Source of the DNA: an uncultured Bacteroides sp.
Lineage (GTDB): Bacteria > Bacteroidota > Bacteroidia > Bacteroidales > JACABE01
Assembly: GCA_964636105.1 (NCBI GenBank)
Contig: CAZWRD010000004.1
Span: 1-52,467 of the forward strand
DNA length: 52,467 nucleotides
Reading direction: 5' to 3'
Shown here: positions 8,526 to 17,225 of the stretch, piece by piece
How positions within the stretch are numbered: the first letter of the stretch is position 1
How the letters are laid out: each line of letters opens with the position of its first letter
Translations under genes and position numbers: made by a program
The notes under the pieces: model-generated
Seen by the model: only the letters and a program-made list of their open reading frames with translations
Told to the model about the DNA's origin: nothing
Database searches by the model: none

Positions 8526-9446
8526 TTATATTATACCAATAATTTGATTAACATTCGTATTTCGATGTTTGATTAAATAATCATTTATTCCATCAATTAT
8601 TTTGGGGCAAACTGCTGGATCAATAAAATTAGCAGTTCCTACTTGAATTGCAGTAGCTCCAGCTAATAAAAATTCAATTGCATCATCAGCATTCATAATA
8701 CCACCTAAACCAATTATAGGTATTTTAACGGCTTTTGCTACTTGCCATACCATTCTTAGAGCTATTGGTTTAACGGCAGGTCCAGATAAACCTCCAGTTA
8801 TTGTAGAAAGCAAAGGTTTTTGACGATCGATATCAATAGCCATCCCCAAAAGAGTGTTAATTAAAGAAACTGAGTCTGCCCCAGCTCCTTCAACAGCCTT
8901 TGCCATTTCTGCAATATTAGTAACATTAGGTGAAAGTTTAACAATTAAAGTTTTATGATAAACTTTTCTGATTGCCTCTGTTACTGCAATAGCAGAAGGA
9001 CAACTGGTTCCGAAAGCCATGCCACCTTCTTTTACGTTTGGACACGAAATATTTAATTCAATAGCAGGTATTCTATCAAGTTCATTCAATTTAGATGCAA
9101 CCATTACATATTCATCAATTGTTGAACCCGATACATTTACAATCATGTGTGTATTAAAATCTTTTATTCGGGGATAAATATCGGAAATAAAGTTATCAAC
9201 ACCTTTATTCTGTAAACCAACTGCATTCAACATACCCGATGGAGTTTCAGCCATACGTGGATAGGCATTTCCTTCGCGTTTACTTCCGGTAGTTCCTTTT
9301 ACAATAATTCCTCCCAAAGTTGAAATATCGAAAAAATCAACAAACTCTTCTCCATAACCGAAAGTACCAGAAGCAGTCATAACTGGGTTTTTTAATACCA
9401 AATTTCCAATTTTTACACTTAAATCAGGCATATTCTTTAACTCCAT
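8526..9446 (-). CDS. pyrD: dihydroorotate dehydrogenase 1B, catalytic subunit
   Basis: '[11 protein letters not shown]', catalytic loop '[13 protein letters not shown]', '[10 protein letters not shown]' and '[26 protein letters not shown]'. It overlaps pyrK by 10 nt. Confidence 0.92.
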   Translation of the reverse strand: MELKNMPDLSVKIGNLVLKNPVMTASGTFGYGEEFVDFFDISTLGGIIVKGTTGSKREGNAYPRMAETPSGMLNAVGLQNKGVDNFISDIYPRIKDFNTHMIVNVSGSTIDEYVMVASKLNELDRIPAIELNISCPNVKEGGMAFGTSCPSAIAVTEAIRKVYHKTLIVKLSPNVTNIAEMAKAVEGAGADSVSLINTLLGMAIDIDRQKPLLSTITGGLSGPAVKPIALRMVWQVAKAVKIPIIGLGGIMNADDAIEFLLAGATAIQVGTANFIDPAVCPKIIDGINDYLIKHRNTNVNQIIGII

Positions 9447-10216
9447 CCTTTTAGTTCATTATAATTAAAAACAGGTCCTTCTGTACAAGTACATTTATTT
9501 CCATCATTGGTGTCAACTACACAACACAAACAAGCGCCAATTCCACAAGCCATCATATTTTCGAGTGAAACTTCACATCTGATATTTTTTTCTTTTGCTA
9601 TTCTTGCCAAAGCTTTCATCATTGGTTCCGGACCACAAGTATATATGGCATTAAAGGATAATTTATCGGTATTAAATACAGAATGTTGTGTAACCAATCC
9701 TTTTTCACCTAAAGAGGCATCCATAGTCGTAATAAACACATCTCCATATTTCCTATATTCATCAGCTTCTAAAATATCACTTTCTGAGGCTCCACCAATT
9801 AATGTAGTTACTTTTATATTATTTTCTGACATCACTCTTGCTAAATAAAGAAGAGGAGCTATCCCGCAGCCTCCTCCAACAAGAAGTATATTTTCTTTTT
9901 GAGATATTGAAAATGAATTTCCTAAAGGATAAACCATATTTAAGCTTTCTCCTACCTTAATTTCAGAAAGTTTTTTAGTTCCTTCTCCAATTATTTGAAC
10001 CAGAAGTTTTATTGTATTATTTTTATAATCAACATCATGAATGCTAAGCGGACGACGTAAAAATGTATTTTTTGAGCCATTAATTTCAACCTGAGCAAAC
10101 TGACCAGGAAGAATTACTGGCATATTTTCTGGTGGTTCTAATGTTAAAAGAAAATATTTGGTATTCAGATTTTTGTTACTGATTACCTTCATATCATGTA
10201 TATACTTGTTTTTCAT
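9437..10216 (-). CDS. pyrK: dihydroorotate dehydrogenase 1B electron-transfer subunit (FAD, 2Fe-2S)
   Basis: FNR-like 'RRPLSI', 'GGGCGIAPL', and a C-terminal cluster '[12 protein letters not shown]....C.C'. It is translationally coupled to pyrD. Confidence 0.9.
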   Translation of the reverse strand: MKNKYIHDMKVISNKNLNTKYFLLTLEPPENMPVILPGQFAQVEINGSKNTFLRRPLSIHDVDYKNNTIKLLVQIIGEGTKKLSEIKVGESLNMVYPLGNSFSISQKENILLVGGGCGIAPLLYLARVMSENNIKVTTLIGGASESDILEADEYRKYGDVFITTMDASLGEKGLVTQHSVFNTDKLSFNAIYTCGPEPMMKALARIAKEKNIRCEVSLENMMACGIGACLCCVVDTNDGNKCTCTEGPVFNYNELKGWS

Positions 10217-10253
10217 TTTTATAGAAATATGTATAGAAGAAATTCCCTATTTG

Positions 10254-10261
10254 CAAAAATA
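10254..10261 (-). promoter_or_regulatory. -7 promoter box (TATTTTTG on minus strand) for pyrK-pyrD
   Basis: Plus-strand caaaaata, 38 nt upstream of the pyrK ATG (10216). Confidence 0.35.
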
Positions 10262-10315
10262 AAAAAAAGTTTGAGAAATACAGAAAACAAGATGTTAAGT
10301 ATTAGCTCAAACTTT
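10258..10315 (-). terminator. possible terminator of the 897-aa gene
   Basis: 10-bp stem 10266-10275 / 10306-10315 followed on the minus strand by a long T-run. The loop is unusually large (30 nt) and the stem is AT-rich. Confidence 0.4.
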
Positions 10316-10335
10316 TTGAATGTTTAAAAATCTTA

Positions 10336-13029
10336 TTAAATCTTTGGTTTTAAATTTAATAGTTTAATACGTTCTTTAAAAACATCATAAGATTTCTTTT
10401 TTACTTCCCTATACTTAGGAAAAATAAATTCACCTGAATTTTGATTAATATATCCCCAAGAATCCCAAGTTTTTCTTTGTGAAGTATAAGTAGTTTGCCT
10501 ATATCTTATATCAATTGCAATTCCATCTGTTTTTCTAACTTCAGTTGTGTCTTTTGTAATTCTATAATCTGCAAGTACTTCACTTTGACTAGGGTCTGTA
10601 AAATTTAATAATTGCCATGGTATTCTTATATCATATGAATATTTATTTCTAACAACAGCATCCAGATTGGTATTATTATCTGTTGAATCTCTGGAAAGTA
10701 ACCGACCAATGTATTGAATTGATGCAGTATCTTTTATGCTATTTTTCCAGCTAACCAAATCCCAAGGAGCTTTATTACTTGCAATAGAATGAAATAACTG
10801 AGATGTAAGTGTATCTGGCCACCATTTTGTTATAAAATAAATTCCGTAAGTATTATAAGCTCTAGTTACAAATAAATTTGCAGAGTCTTTATTTACATTT
10901 AGAAAGAATTCAGAACGTTTATTTAACATTCTGCCATCAGGAAGGTATAATTCACCTAAATCATCGTCATATGTGTCAAATGCAATAATTAAAGTATCAT
11001 TTTGAGAAATTGAGTCATTAAGTTCAATCTTTACATGAAAAAATTGGAAATCAACAGCTGTCTTTACACTTTTAATATCATTTCCAAAAGAAAATAATTC
11101 AGGATAATTTTCAAATATAATTGTGTCAGGAATAAATGTTTTTAAACCAAAATTTTCTTCAGGACTAGTTAAATTATGCCACATAGGTCTTCTTTCAGCC
11201 TTGCATGTCATAGGATTAACTATCCATGTTTGTTTAAACCATTCATCAATCCAAGCAAAAAGACAACCCCCAGCAAGCAATGCGTTAGAATTCATATTTT
11301 CTAACATTCTTGCATTATAAAATCCTTGTTTATCATATGTATGTCCCCCATGATTCATTCCAGAGCTTGCAAAATGTGCATCTCCCCAACTTGAAGGAAC
11401 GCCATATTCCGCAACAATAACTGGAATCAATTTATCTTTGGTATAATGTTGCCATAAAGATAGTAAATAAGGTAAATAATTATTATTTCCATAATTATCA
11501 TTATATCCTAAATAACCAGGTTCATCTGTCATAAAATCAGGATAATAAGGATATGCATGATAACTTATAAAAAAGCCAGCAGGGGCATTATTATTTACAA
11601 TTTTTGAAAAATCTACTTGGGCAGAATCTTCTAATGAGTAGAAAAAATGTTCAGTTTCATGATAAAATGGATCAAGAGTAGGCCAACTTGAGAAGCTAAC
11701 TGGTCGTTCAACCTTATATTTTTGTCTTTCATAACTAATCAAACGATCAAGACTTTGTGTTATCCAACATTCAGTTGGACTATGTGGTTTGGTAGAATCA
11801 GGCATACTTAAATTATTGCCATTATAACTATCTATTTCAATATTTTGAGAATTTGTATAAAAAACTTCTTCGGGATGAACTTCTCTACCAACAATATAAC
11901 CTAAAACCCAAGGAGAAACATTTGTAAAATAATTTCCAGATGCTTTTCCTGGTCGTTCTGGTAGTGTTTTGTTTCCATGTAAACAATCTATTACTTCATA
12001 AATATCTAAGGTAAACTCATTTGTAAAACTATAAAAATTATCATGAGGTTTATCCTCATCTAGCCAAACTCCATGAAGTAAGTATAAAGGTTTATTTGGA
12101 TTTTCTGTATTGTATTTTGCTAATTCATCATAAAACCGAGGATAATGCATCGTATAAACACGTATTGTATTAAACCCTATTTCAGACATTTCAGAAAACC
12201 AACGTCTGTAATCTTGTGAAGTTGCTGCCATTTCTCCGGGAAAAGTTCCGGGCATTCCTATACCTAAATTAATTCCGTTTACAAAAATTGTATCATATGT
12301 ATTATCACCTTTGTTTATACTTAAATATGTGCCAGAAACCTTAAATGGTAGTGCTAATTTTTTAAATACAGTAAAATTGACATTATTAATATCTTTAACC
12401 ACATAATTTCCAACAGAATACGGCAATGTAGAATCAGAAGTAATTTTAACATTATAAGTTATCATTTTTGAAGTATCCATTTGTGGTACATAAGGTATTC
12501 CGTTTGTAAAAACTGCAACATTGTTATTAGCTCTCATCATAATTTTCTGGCTAGTGCTTCTACCTTCAAAATACATATAAACAATAAAAAAACCAGGTGA
12601 AACTCTTTGATTTTTATCTGTAGTACCATCCCAAATTATTTGATGCAAACCAGCTGTCATAATACTTTCGGAAATTGTTCTAACTTTTTGTCCCATTAAA
12701 TTGTATATATATATATAACAATTTCCTGATTTATTTAAAAAAAATGGGATTACAGTACCATCATAAAAAGGATTAGGATAAATATCAAAAAAAGTGTATT
12801 GTTTATCTGTTTTTTCAACATTAAATGTAGGTAATTCCAGAGTATAATTGCCATTTGCATCAGAAATGGTTTGATATACACTAGTTGGATCTTTAGTATT
12901 TGTAAAGACAATTTTTGCAGATGGAACAGGATTTCCTATTTTATCTGTTATTTTACCATTTATGGCAAACAAATTGCTGATATTAAATAATATACACAAA
13001 AAAAATATAAAGGGTAAGAACTTCTTCAT
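10336..13029 (-). CDS. secreted glycoside-hydrolase-like (beta/alpha)8-barrel protein with N-terminal CarboxypepD_reg-like and internal FlgD-Ig/T9SS-CTD-like domains
   Basis: Signal peptide 'MKKFLPFIFFLCILFNISNLFA'. 'INGKITDKIGNPVPSAKIVF' resembles the carboxypeptidase regulatory domain. aa 80-165 'IYPNPF...IYIYNLMGQKV...GLHQIIWDG...SPGFFIVY' resembles FlgD_ig or a T9SS tail. 'GFNTIRVYTMH...LYLLHGVWLDE' and later 'AEYGVPSSWG' and 'FAWIDEW' are consistent with a clan GH-A-like barrel. The family is not identified. Confidence 0.6.
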   Translation of the reverse strand: MKKFLPFIFFLCILFNISNLFAINGKITDKIGNPVPSAKIVFTNTKDPTSVYQTISDANGNYTLELPTFNVEKTDKQYTFFDIYPNPFYDGTVIPFFLNKSGNCYIYIYNLMGQKVRTISESIMTAGLHQIIWDGTTDKNQRVSPGFFIVYMYFEGRSTSQKIMMRANNNVAVFTNGIPYVPQMDTSKMITYNVKITSDSTLPYSVGNYVVKDINNVNFTVFKKLALPFKVSGTYLSINKGDNTYDTIFVNGINLGIGMPGTFPGEMAATSQDYRRWFSEMSEIGFNTIRVYTMHYPRFYDELAKYNTENPNKPLYLLHGVWLDEDKPHDNFYSFTNEFTLDIYEVIDCLHGNKTLPERPGKASGNYFTNVSPWVLGYIVGREVHPEEVFYTNSQNIEIDSYNGNNLSMPDSTKPHSPTECWITQSLDRLISYERQKYKVERPVSFSSWPTLDPFYHETEHFFYSLEDSAQVDFSKIVNNNAPAGFFISYHAYPYYPDFMTDEPGYLGYNDNYGNNNYLPYLLSLWQHYTKDKLIPVIVAEYGVPSSWGDAHFASSGMNHGGHTYDKQGFYNARMLENMNSNALLAGGCLFAWIDEWFKQTWIVNPMTCKAERRPMWHNLTSPEENFGLKTFIPDTIIFENYPELFSFGNDIKSVKTAVDFQFFHVKIELNDSISQNDTLIIAFDTYDDDLGELYLPDGRMLNKRSEFFLNVNKDSANLFVTRAYNTYGIYFITKWWPDTLTSQLFHSIASNKAPWDLVSWKNSIKDTASIQYIGRLLSRDSTDNNTNLDAVVRNKYSYDIRIPWQLLNFTDPSQSEVLADYRITKDTTEVRKTDGIAIDIRYRQTTYTSQRKTWDSWGYINQNSGEFIFPKYREVKKKSYDVFKERIKLLNLKPKI

Positions 13030-13070
13030 TGTTAAATAAATTTATTATACTTATTTGCACAAAAAACATG

Positions 13071-13078
13071 CAAATATA
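13071..13078 (-). promoter_or_regulatory. -7 promoter box (TATATTTG on minus strand)
   Basis: Plus-strand caaatata, 42 nt upstream of the ATG at 13029. Confidence 0.3.
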
Positions 13079-13181
13079 AACTCTTTAAGTTATTATATTT
13101 CACAAAAATAACAAAATTTGCATCAAAATTTTGTAATAGTATTTATTTTTATTAAATAGAAATTGTTGATAACATTAAAAT

Positions 13182-15734
13182 CTATTTTCTTTTAATTGGC
13201 AATTTATAGCGTCTGATGCCATCAAAATCACAAAATGCATTTGCAACTGCAGCTGCTGTTGGTACAAGCCCTATTTCACCAATTCCCTTAGCTCCATATG
13301 GACCAACTTCATCTTTAACTTCTATTCCTTTAACAATAATTTCGGGGGTTTCATGAGCTTTTAATATTTGACAATCTTTAAGTTTTGTAGAAATTAAGTA
13401 TCCATCTTTCATTGGCAAATCTTCACTTAAAGCATAGCCTAGTCCCATATGCACTGCACCTTGTATTTGCCCTTCAAACAACATTGGATTCATTATTTTT
13501 CCTGCATCATGAGCTGCTATAACTTTTTCAATATTGCCTTCTTCATCTAACACAACCAATTGAGCTGCATAGCCATATGAGTAATGAGTAATAATTTCTT
13601 CAACATCAGCTCCTGGCTTGGTTGTCCAGTCGCATTTATATTCTCCCAAATATTTTCTCCCAACTAAATCTATTAAGTTATAATTTTGCAAATCTGTTTT
13701 TAAAACTTTACATGCATCAATAATTGCATTTCCAAGTAAGGCAGTTGCTCTTGAAGAAGTAGTCATTCCCGTTTTAATTTGAGCCACAGTGTCAACTTCT
13801 ACCTCAATAATTTCGGGCGATAAATTTGTTTCTTCACACAATGTTTGAATTGCCATAGTATGAATTCCTTGTCCCATTTCAGTCCAACCATGTTCAATAA
13901 GAACTTTTTGAGCAGATATTATTGTGATAATCACATTAGAGAAATCAATCATTCCATTTCCAATTCCACTGTTTTTTATGCCAGTTGCTATACCTTTATA
14001 TTTAGCTTTATAATAATCATCTTTAAGAGCATTTAAACATTCTCTTATACCAACACCTTTTAGCTTTTGTCCGGTTGCTGTTGTTAAACCATCAACCAAT
14101 GCATTATTGTATCTGAATTTCCAACGGTCGAAATTTCCTTGTTTACATAAATCGTCAATACAACTTTCAATTGCAAATGCTACCTGATTTGCACCAAAAC
14201 CACGCATGGCACCTGATGGTATATTATTGGTATAAACAGTTTTAGCCTCAATATCAATTATTGGTACGAAATAGCCTGAAGTAGCATGTCCGGCAACTCT
14301 TTCCAAAACTTTGGTTCCAACAGAAGCGTATGCTCCTGTGTCTCCAACAGCTCTGAGTTTCAATGCTGTTAATTTCCCATTGATATCACAGCCCAATTCC
14401 ATAACCATATGAACTGGATGGCGTTTTGGGTGCATTTTTATTGATTCATCGCGTGTAAGACATAGTTTTACAGGTTTTTGTAACAAAAAAGCAGCTAAAC
14501 TTACATGACCTTGAACTGTCATATCTTCTTTACCCCCAAAACCTCCTCCATTTGGCACTAAAATTACTCTTACTTTTTCTTCTGCTATTCCCAAGATCAT
14601 TGCAACTTGACGCCTGTCTTCATAAACTCCCTGACTTTGCGAAATTAATTCTATACCATCAGTTATAGGATAGGCAATTGCAGCCTCAACTTCCAAAAAT
14701 GCATGTTCAATTCGCTGTGTATCATATACTCCACGTGATACATAATCAGATTTATTAATAATTTCATCTGCATTTCCTCTTTTAATTATGCAATTATCAA
14801 GCAAATTTGAATGATTCTCATGAACTTGAGGTGAATCTGATTCTAATGCTTTTAAAGGATCACTTACAACCTCTAAAACATCATATTCAATTTCAATCAA
14901 TCTTGTAGCTTTTCTCGCATTATCTTCTGTATCAGCAATTACCTGAGCAATCACATCTCCATAATAATGTGTGGTTTCTCCAATATCTATCATTAAAGGC
15001 CAATCATTATAAATCAAACCAATTTTCTGTTGTCCAGGAATATCTTTAGCAGTTATGATTTTAATTACCCCATCCGATTTTAAGGCATTTTCTAAATTGA
15101 TATTTAATACTTTAGCCCTTGGATAATCGCTAAATCGCAATGCTTGATAAAGCGAACCTTCAATATGAATGTCATTTACGAAATTTCTTTTTCCTATTGC
15201 AGTATCAAACGAATTGTATTTTGGGATAGATGTTCCAATTTTACCACTCTGTATTTCGCTTATAATTTCTTTGTTTTCAGCTAAATGACTGGCAGCATAT
15301 ATTATAGCTTCTTCAATTTTTTTATAACCCGTACATCTGCATAAATTTAGTTTTAATGCAGTTCTTATCTCTTCTATTGTTGGATTTGGGTTGTTTTGTA
15401 ACAATATTTTGGTACGCATAATAAAGCCTGGTGTACAAAATCCACATTGAACAGCTCCTTTTTCAACGAATGCTTTTCCTAATGTGGTCTTTATATATTC
15501 AGGAAAACCTTCCATGGTATAAATTTTTGTACCTTCCAGATTTTTTAGCTTTGTTGTGCAAGCTAATTTGGGTTTTCCATCAATTTCAACCATACAAGCT
15601 CCACAACTAGCTTGCGCTGAACATCCGTCTTTTACAGATGTTATATTCATTTGGTTTCGAAGAAAATTCAATAAAGATATTTCTGAATTTCCATTGAAAA
15701 CTATTTTATTATCGTTTAATATAAAGCTAATCAT
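13182..15734 (-). CDS. molybdopterin-dependent aldehyde oxidoreductase / xanthine dehydrogenase family protein (fused 2x[2Fe-2S] + MoCo domains, no FAD domain; Mop-type)
   Basis: N-terminal 'CSAQASCGACMV...LAC' and 'QCGFCTPGFIM...LCRCTGYKKI' [2Fe-2S] motifs. 'NGGGFGGKE', 'MRGFG', 'HDAGK..NP' and the C-terminal 'AKGIGEIGLVPTAAAVANA' active-site Glu motif are also present. Confidence 0.87.
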   Translation of the reverse strand: MISFILNDNKIVFNGNSEISLLNFLRNQMNITSVKDGCSAQASCGACMVEIDGKPKLACTTKLKNLEGTKIYTMEGFPEYIKTTLGKAFVEKGAVQCGFCTPGFIMRTKILLQNNPNPTIEEIRTALKLNLCRCTGYKKIEEAIIYAASHLAENKEIISEIQSGKIGTSIPKYNSFDTAIGKRNFVNDIHIEGSLYQALRFSDYPRAKVLNINLENALKSDGVIKIITAKDIPGQQKIGLIYNDWPLMIDIGETTHYYGDVIAQVIADTEDNARKATRLIEIEYDVLEVVSDPLKALESDSPQVHENHSNLLDNCIIKRGNADEIINKSDYVSRGVYDTQRIEHAFLEVEAAIAYPITDGIELISQSQGVYEDRRQVAMILGIAEEKVRVILVPNGGGFGGKEDMTVQGHVSLAAFLLQKPVKLCLTRDESIKMHPKRHPVHMVMELGCDINGKLTALKLRAVGDTGAYASVGTKVLERVAGHATSGYFVPIIDIEAKTVYTNNIPSGAMRGFGANQVAFAIESCIDDLCKQGNFDRWKFRYNNALVDGLTTATGQKLKGVGIRECLNALKDDYYKAKYKGIATGIKNSGIGNGMIDFSNVIITIISAQKVLIEHGWTEMGQGIHTMAIQTLCEETNLSPEIIEVEVDTVAQIKTGMTTSSRATALLGNAIIDACKVLKTDLQNYNLIDLVGRKYLGEYKCDWTTKPGADVEEIITHYSYGYAAQLVVLDEEGNIEKVIAAHDAGKIMNPMLFEGQIQGAVHMGLGYALSEDLPMKDGYLISTKLKDCQILKAHETPEIIVKGIEVKDEVGPYGAKGIGEIGLVPTAAAVANAFCDFDGIRRYKLPIKRK

Positions 15735-15750
15735 ATCAAAATGTTTTATG

Positions 15751-15758
15751 CAAATTTA
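15751..15758 (-). promoter_or_regulatory. -7 promoter box (TAAATTTG on minus strand)
   Basis: Plus-strand caaattta, 17 nt upstream of the ATG at 15734. Confidence 0.35.
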
Positions 15759-15947
15759 AGAAATTTCATCACTTTTTAAACGATATTTGTACAAAAAATA
15801 AGCTAAATTACTGTAAAAAAGGAGAGTAATAACTATTTCTAATTTTATTAGATTAGTGTATAAATTGTATTAATATTTGATTATCAGAAATTAAACCTCG
15901 AAATAAAGAAGTATTTTAGCTAAATGATAAAAATTAAGATTATCTTA

Positions 15948-16613
15948 CTATATTGATTTTCTATTGTTGAAAAATTTGAAAAGTTGATTTATTGAATCAA
16001 AAATCTCAATTTCAGCAGTCTTAAGTCTGTGAATTGCCTGATGACCAGAAGCTATTAATATACAATCAATTCCCATTTCTTTTGCTACTTCTGCATCATG
16101 TAAGGTATCGCCGATTAAAATCGTAAATTCAGGTGCAACATGTGCATTTTCAATTAATTGCAAACCACTTTCAAGTTTGCCATTTGCATAATGATCTTTT
16201 AATCCTGAAATTACAGGGAAATAATGATTAATTCCAAAATGTTTCAAATTTTGTTCGAGCATACTTTGCTCTCTTGCAGACAACACACTAAGATGAAAAT
16301 TTTTGTCATATAGAACTTGAAGTAATTCTTTTGATGAATCTTGCAAATTACATTCATACTGACGTTTATCATATTCAACAATAAATTCTGTACCAACAAT
16401 TTCAAATGATTCTTTTTCAAAATCAAAACCAATATTCTGATAATAATCTTTAACAGGAAAGTCAAAAACTTCACAATATCTTTCTTTGGTCATTCCAGCT
16501 AATCCTCTTTTAACTAACATTTTATCAATAACATCTACGGCAAGCCATAAATCATCTAATAGGGTTCCATTCCAATCAAATATAAAATGCTGATATTTAG
16601 AAAAATCCATCAT
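15948..16613 (-). CDS. HAD-superfamily hydrolase (phosphoglycolate-phosphatase-like subfamily IA) with DxN variant of motif I
   Basis: Motif I 'FIFDWNGTLLDD', motif II 'SVLSA', motif IV 'IGDTLHDAEVA'. Confidence 0.8.
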   Translation of the reverse strand: MMDFSKYQHFIFDWNGTLLDDLWLAVDVIDKMLVKRGLAGMTKERYCEVFDFPVKDYYQNIGFDFEKESFEIVGTEFIVEYDKRQYECNLQDSSKELLQVLYDKNFHLSVLSAREQSMLEQNLKHFGINHYFPVISGLKDHYANGKLESGLQLIENAHVAPEFTILIGDTLHDAEVAKEMGIDCILIASGHQAIHRLKTAEIEIFDSINQLFKFFNNRKSI

Positions 16614-16628
16614 AAAGAATTTTAAAAT

Positions 16629-17216
16629 CTATTCCTTAATAACCATATCGATACATAAAACTGCAGCCAAAATAAGGATTCTAATTGGATGATTACTTGG
16701 AACATCTTTATCTATGTTCAACATATAATTATCGGCGGAAGTGAAGAGTTCTTTGCCTATACCAGCCCATTTTTTACTAACATGTGCAAATTCAACATTA
16801 TCTTTTACAAATTTAAAATCCCAACTTGTCCATTTCCCAATCAATGAACATAAAATTGATTCATTTGCATCATAAATATCAAATTTACCGCCAATTGAAA
16901 AAAATCTTTGTTTGAATCGACCAACAAGATTTTCATTTTCATCAAAAACTTCAACTGTTGACAAAAACAAGGAAAATCCTCTCTTTACAGTTAAAACTGT
17001 TTTACCTTCTATAGTTTTAACTAAAATATCAAAAGGTGTCATCCTTTTATAGTCAGTGAAGCGAAAAAATTTAGTAATAAAACTTAGATTTTCTTCTCGG
17101 CAATTCATTATAATTTGCTGACTATCTGGATTAAAAATATCAAAATTATTGGCAGCTTTAAAAACGCCAACATGTTCTTTTATAAAATAAAGGTTTTGAT
17201 TAAGTATGCTATTCAT
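16629..17216 (-). CDS. phospholipid scramblase-like / LURP-one-related (Tubby C-terminal-like fold) family protein
   Basis: Repetitive beta-hairpin pattern '..F.I.D..G..v..i.r.f..' , then 'KWAGIGKELFTSADNYMLNI' and a hydrophobic C-terminal helix 'RILILAAVLCIDMVIKE', as in the PLSCR/DUF567 family. Confidence 0.62.
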   Translation of the reverse strand: MNSILNQNLYFIKEHVGVFKAANNFDIFNPDSQQIIMNCREENLSFITKFFRFTDYKRMTPFDILVKTIEGKTVLTVKRGFSLFLSTVEVFDENENLVGRFKQRFFSIGGKFDIYDANESILCSLIGKWTSWDFKFVKDNVEFAHVSKKWAGIGKELFTSADNYMLNIDKDVPSNHPIRILILAAVLCIDMVIKE

Positions 17217-17225
17217 TGAAAATTA

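Noticed and set aside
9507-9848. 113-aa plus-strand ORF inside pyrK. Other nested ORFs are similar: 1733-1972, 6872-7057, 11123-11320, 13845-14036, 15556-15759, 16244-16474, 20231-20416, 21541-21777, 29437-29815, 36727-37080, 38501-38752, 41314-41517, 42182-42394, 42731-42937 and 50415-50648.
   Set aside because: All are nested in or opposite well-supported genes (16244-16474 is an alternative frame on the same strand) and lack recognisable motifs. I treat them as ORF-caller noise.
13111-13134. Inverted repeat acaaaattt-gcatca-aaattttgt downstream of the aldehyde oxidoreductase gene
   Set aside because: The stem is purely A/T with negligible stability. Such dyads arise readily in this composition, so I do not call it a terminator.
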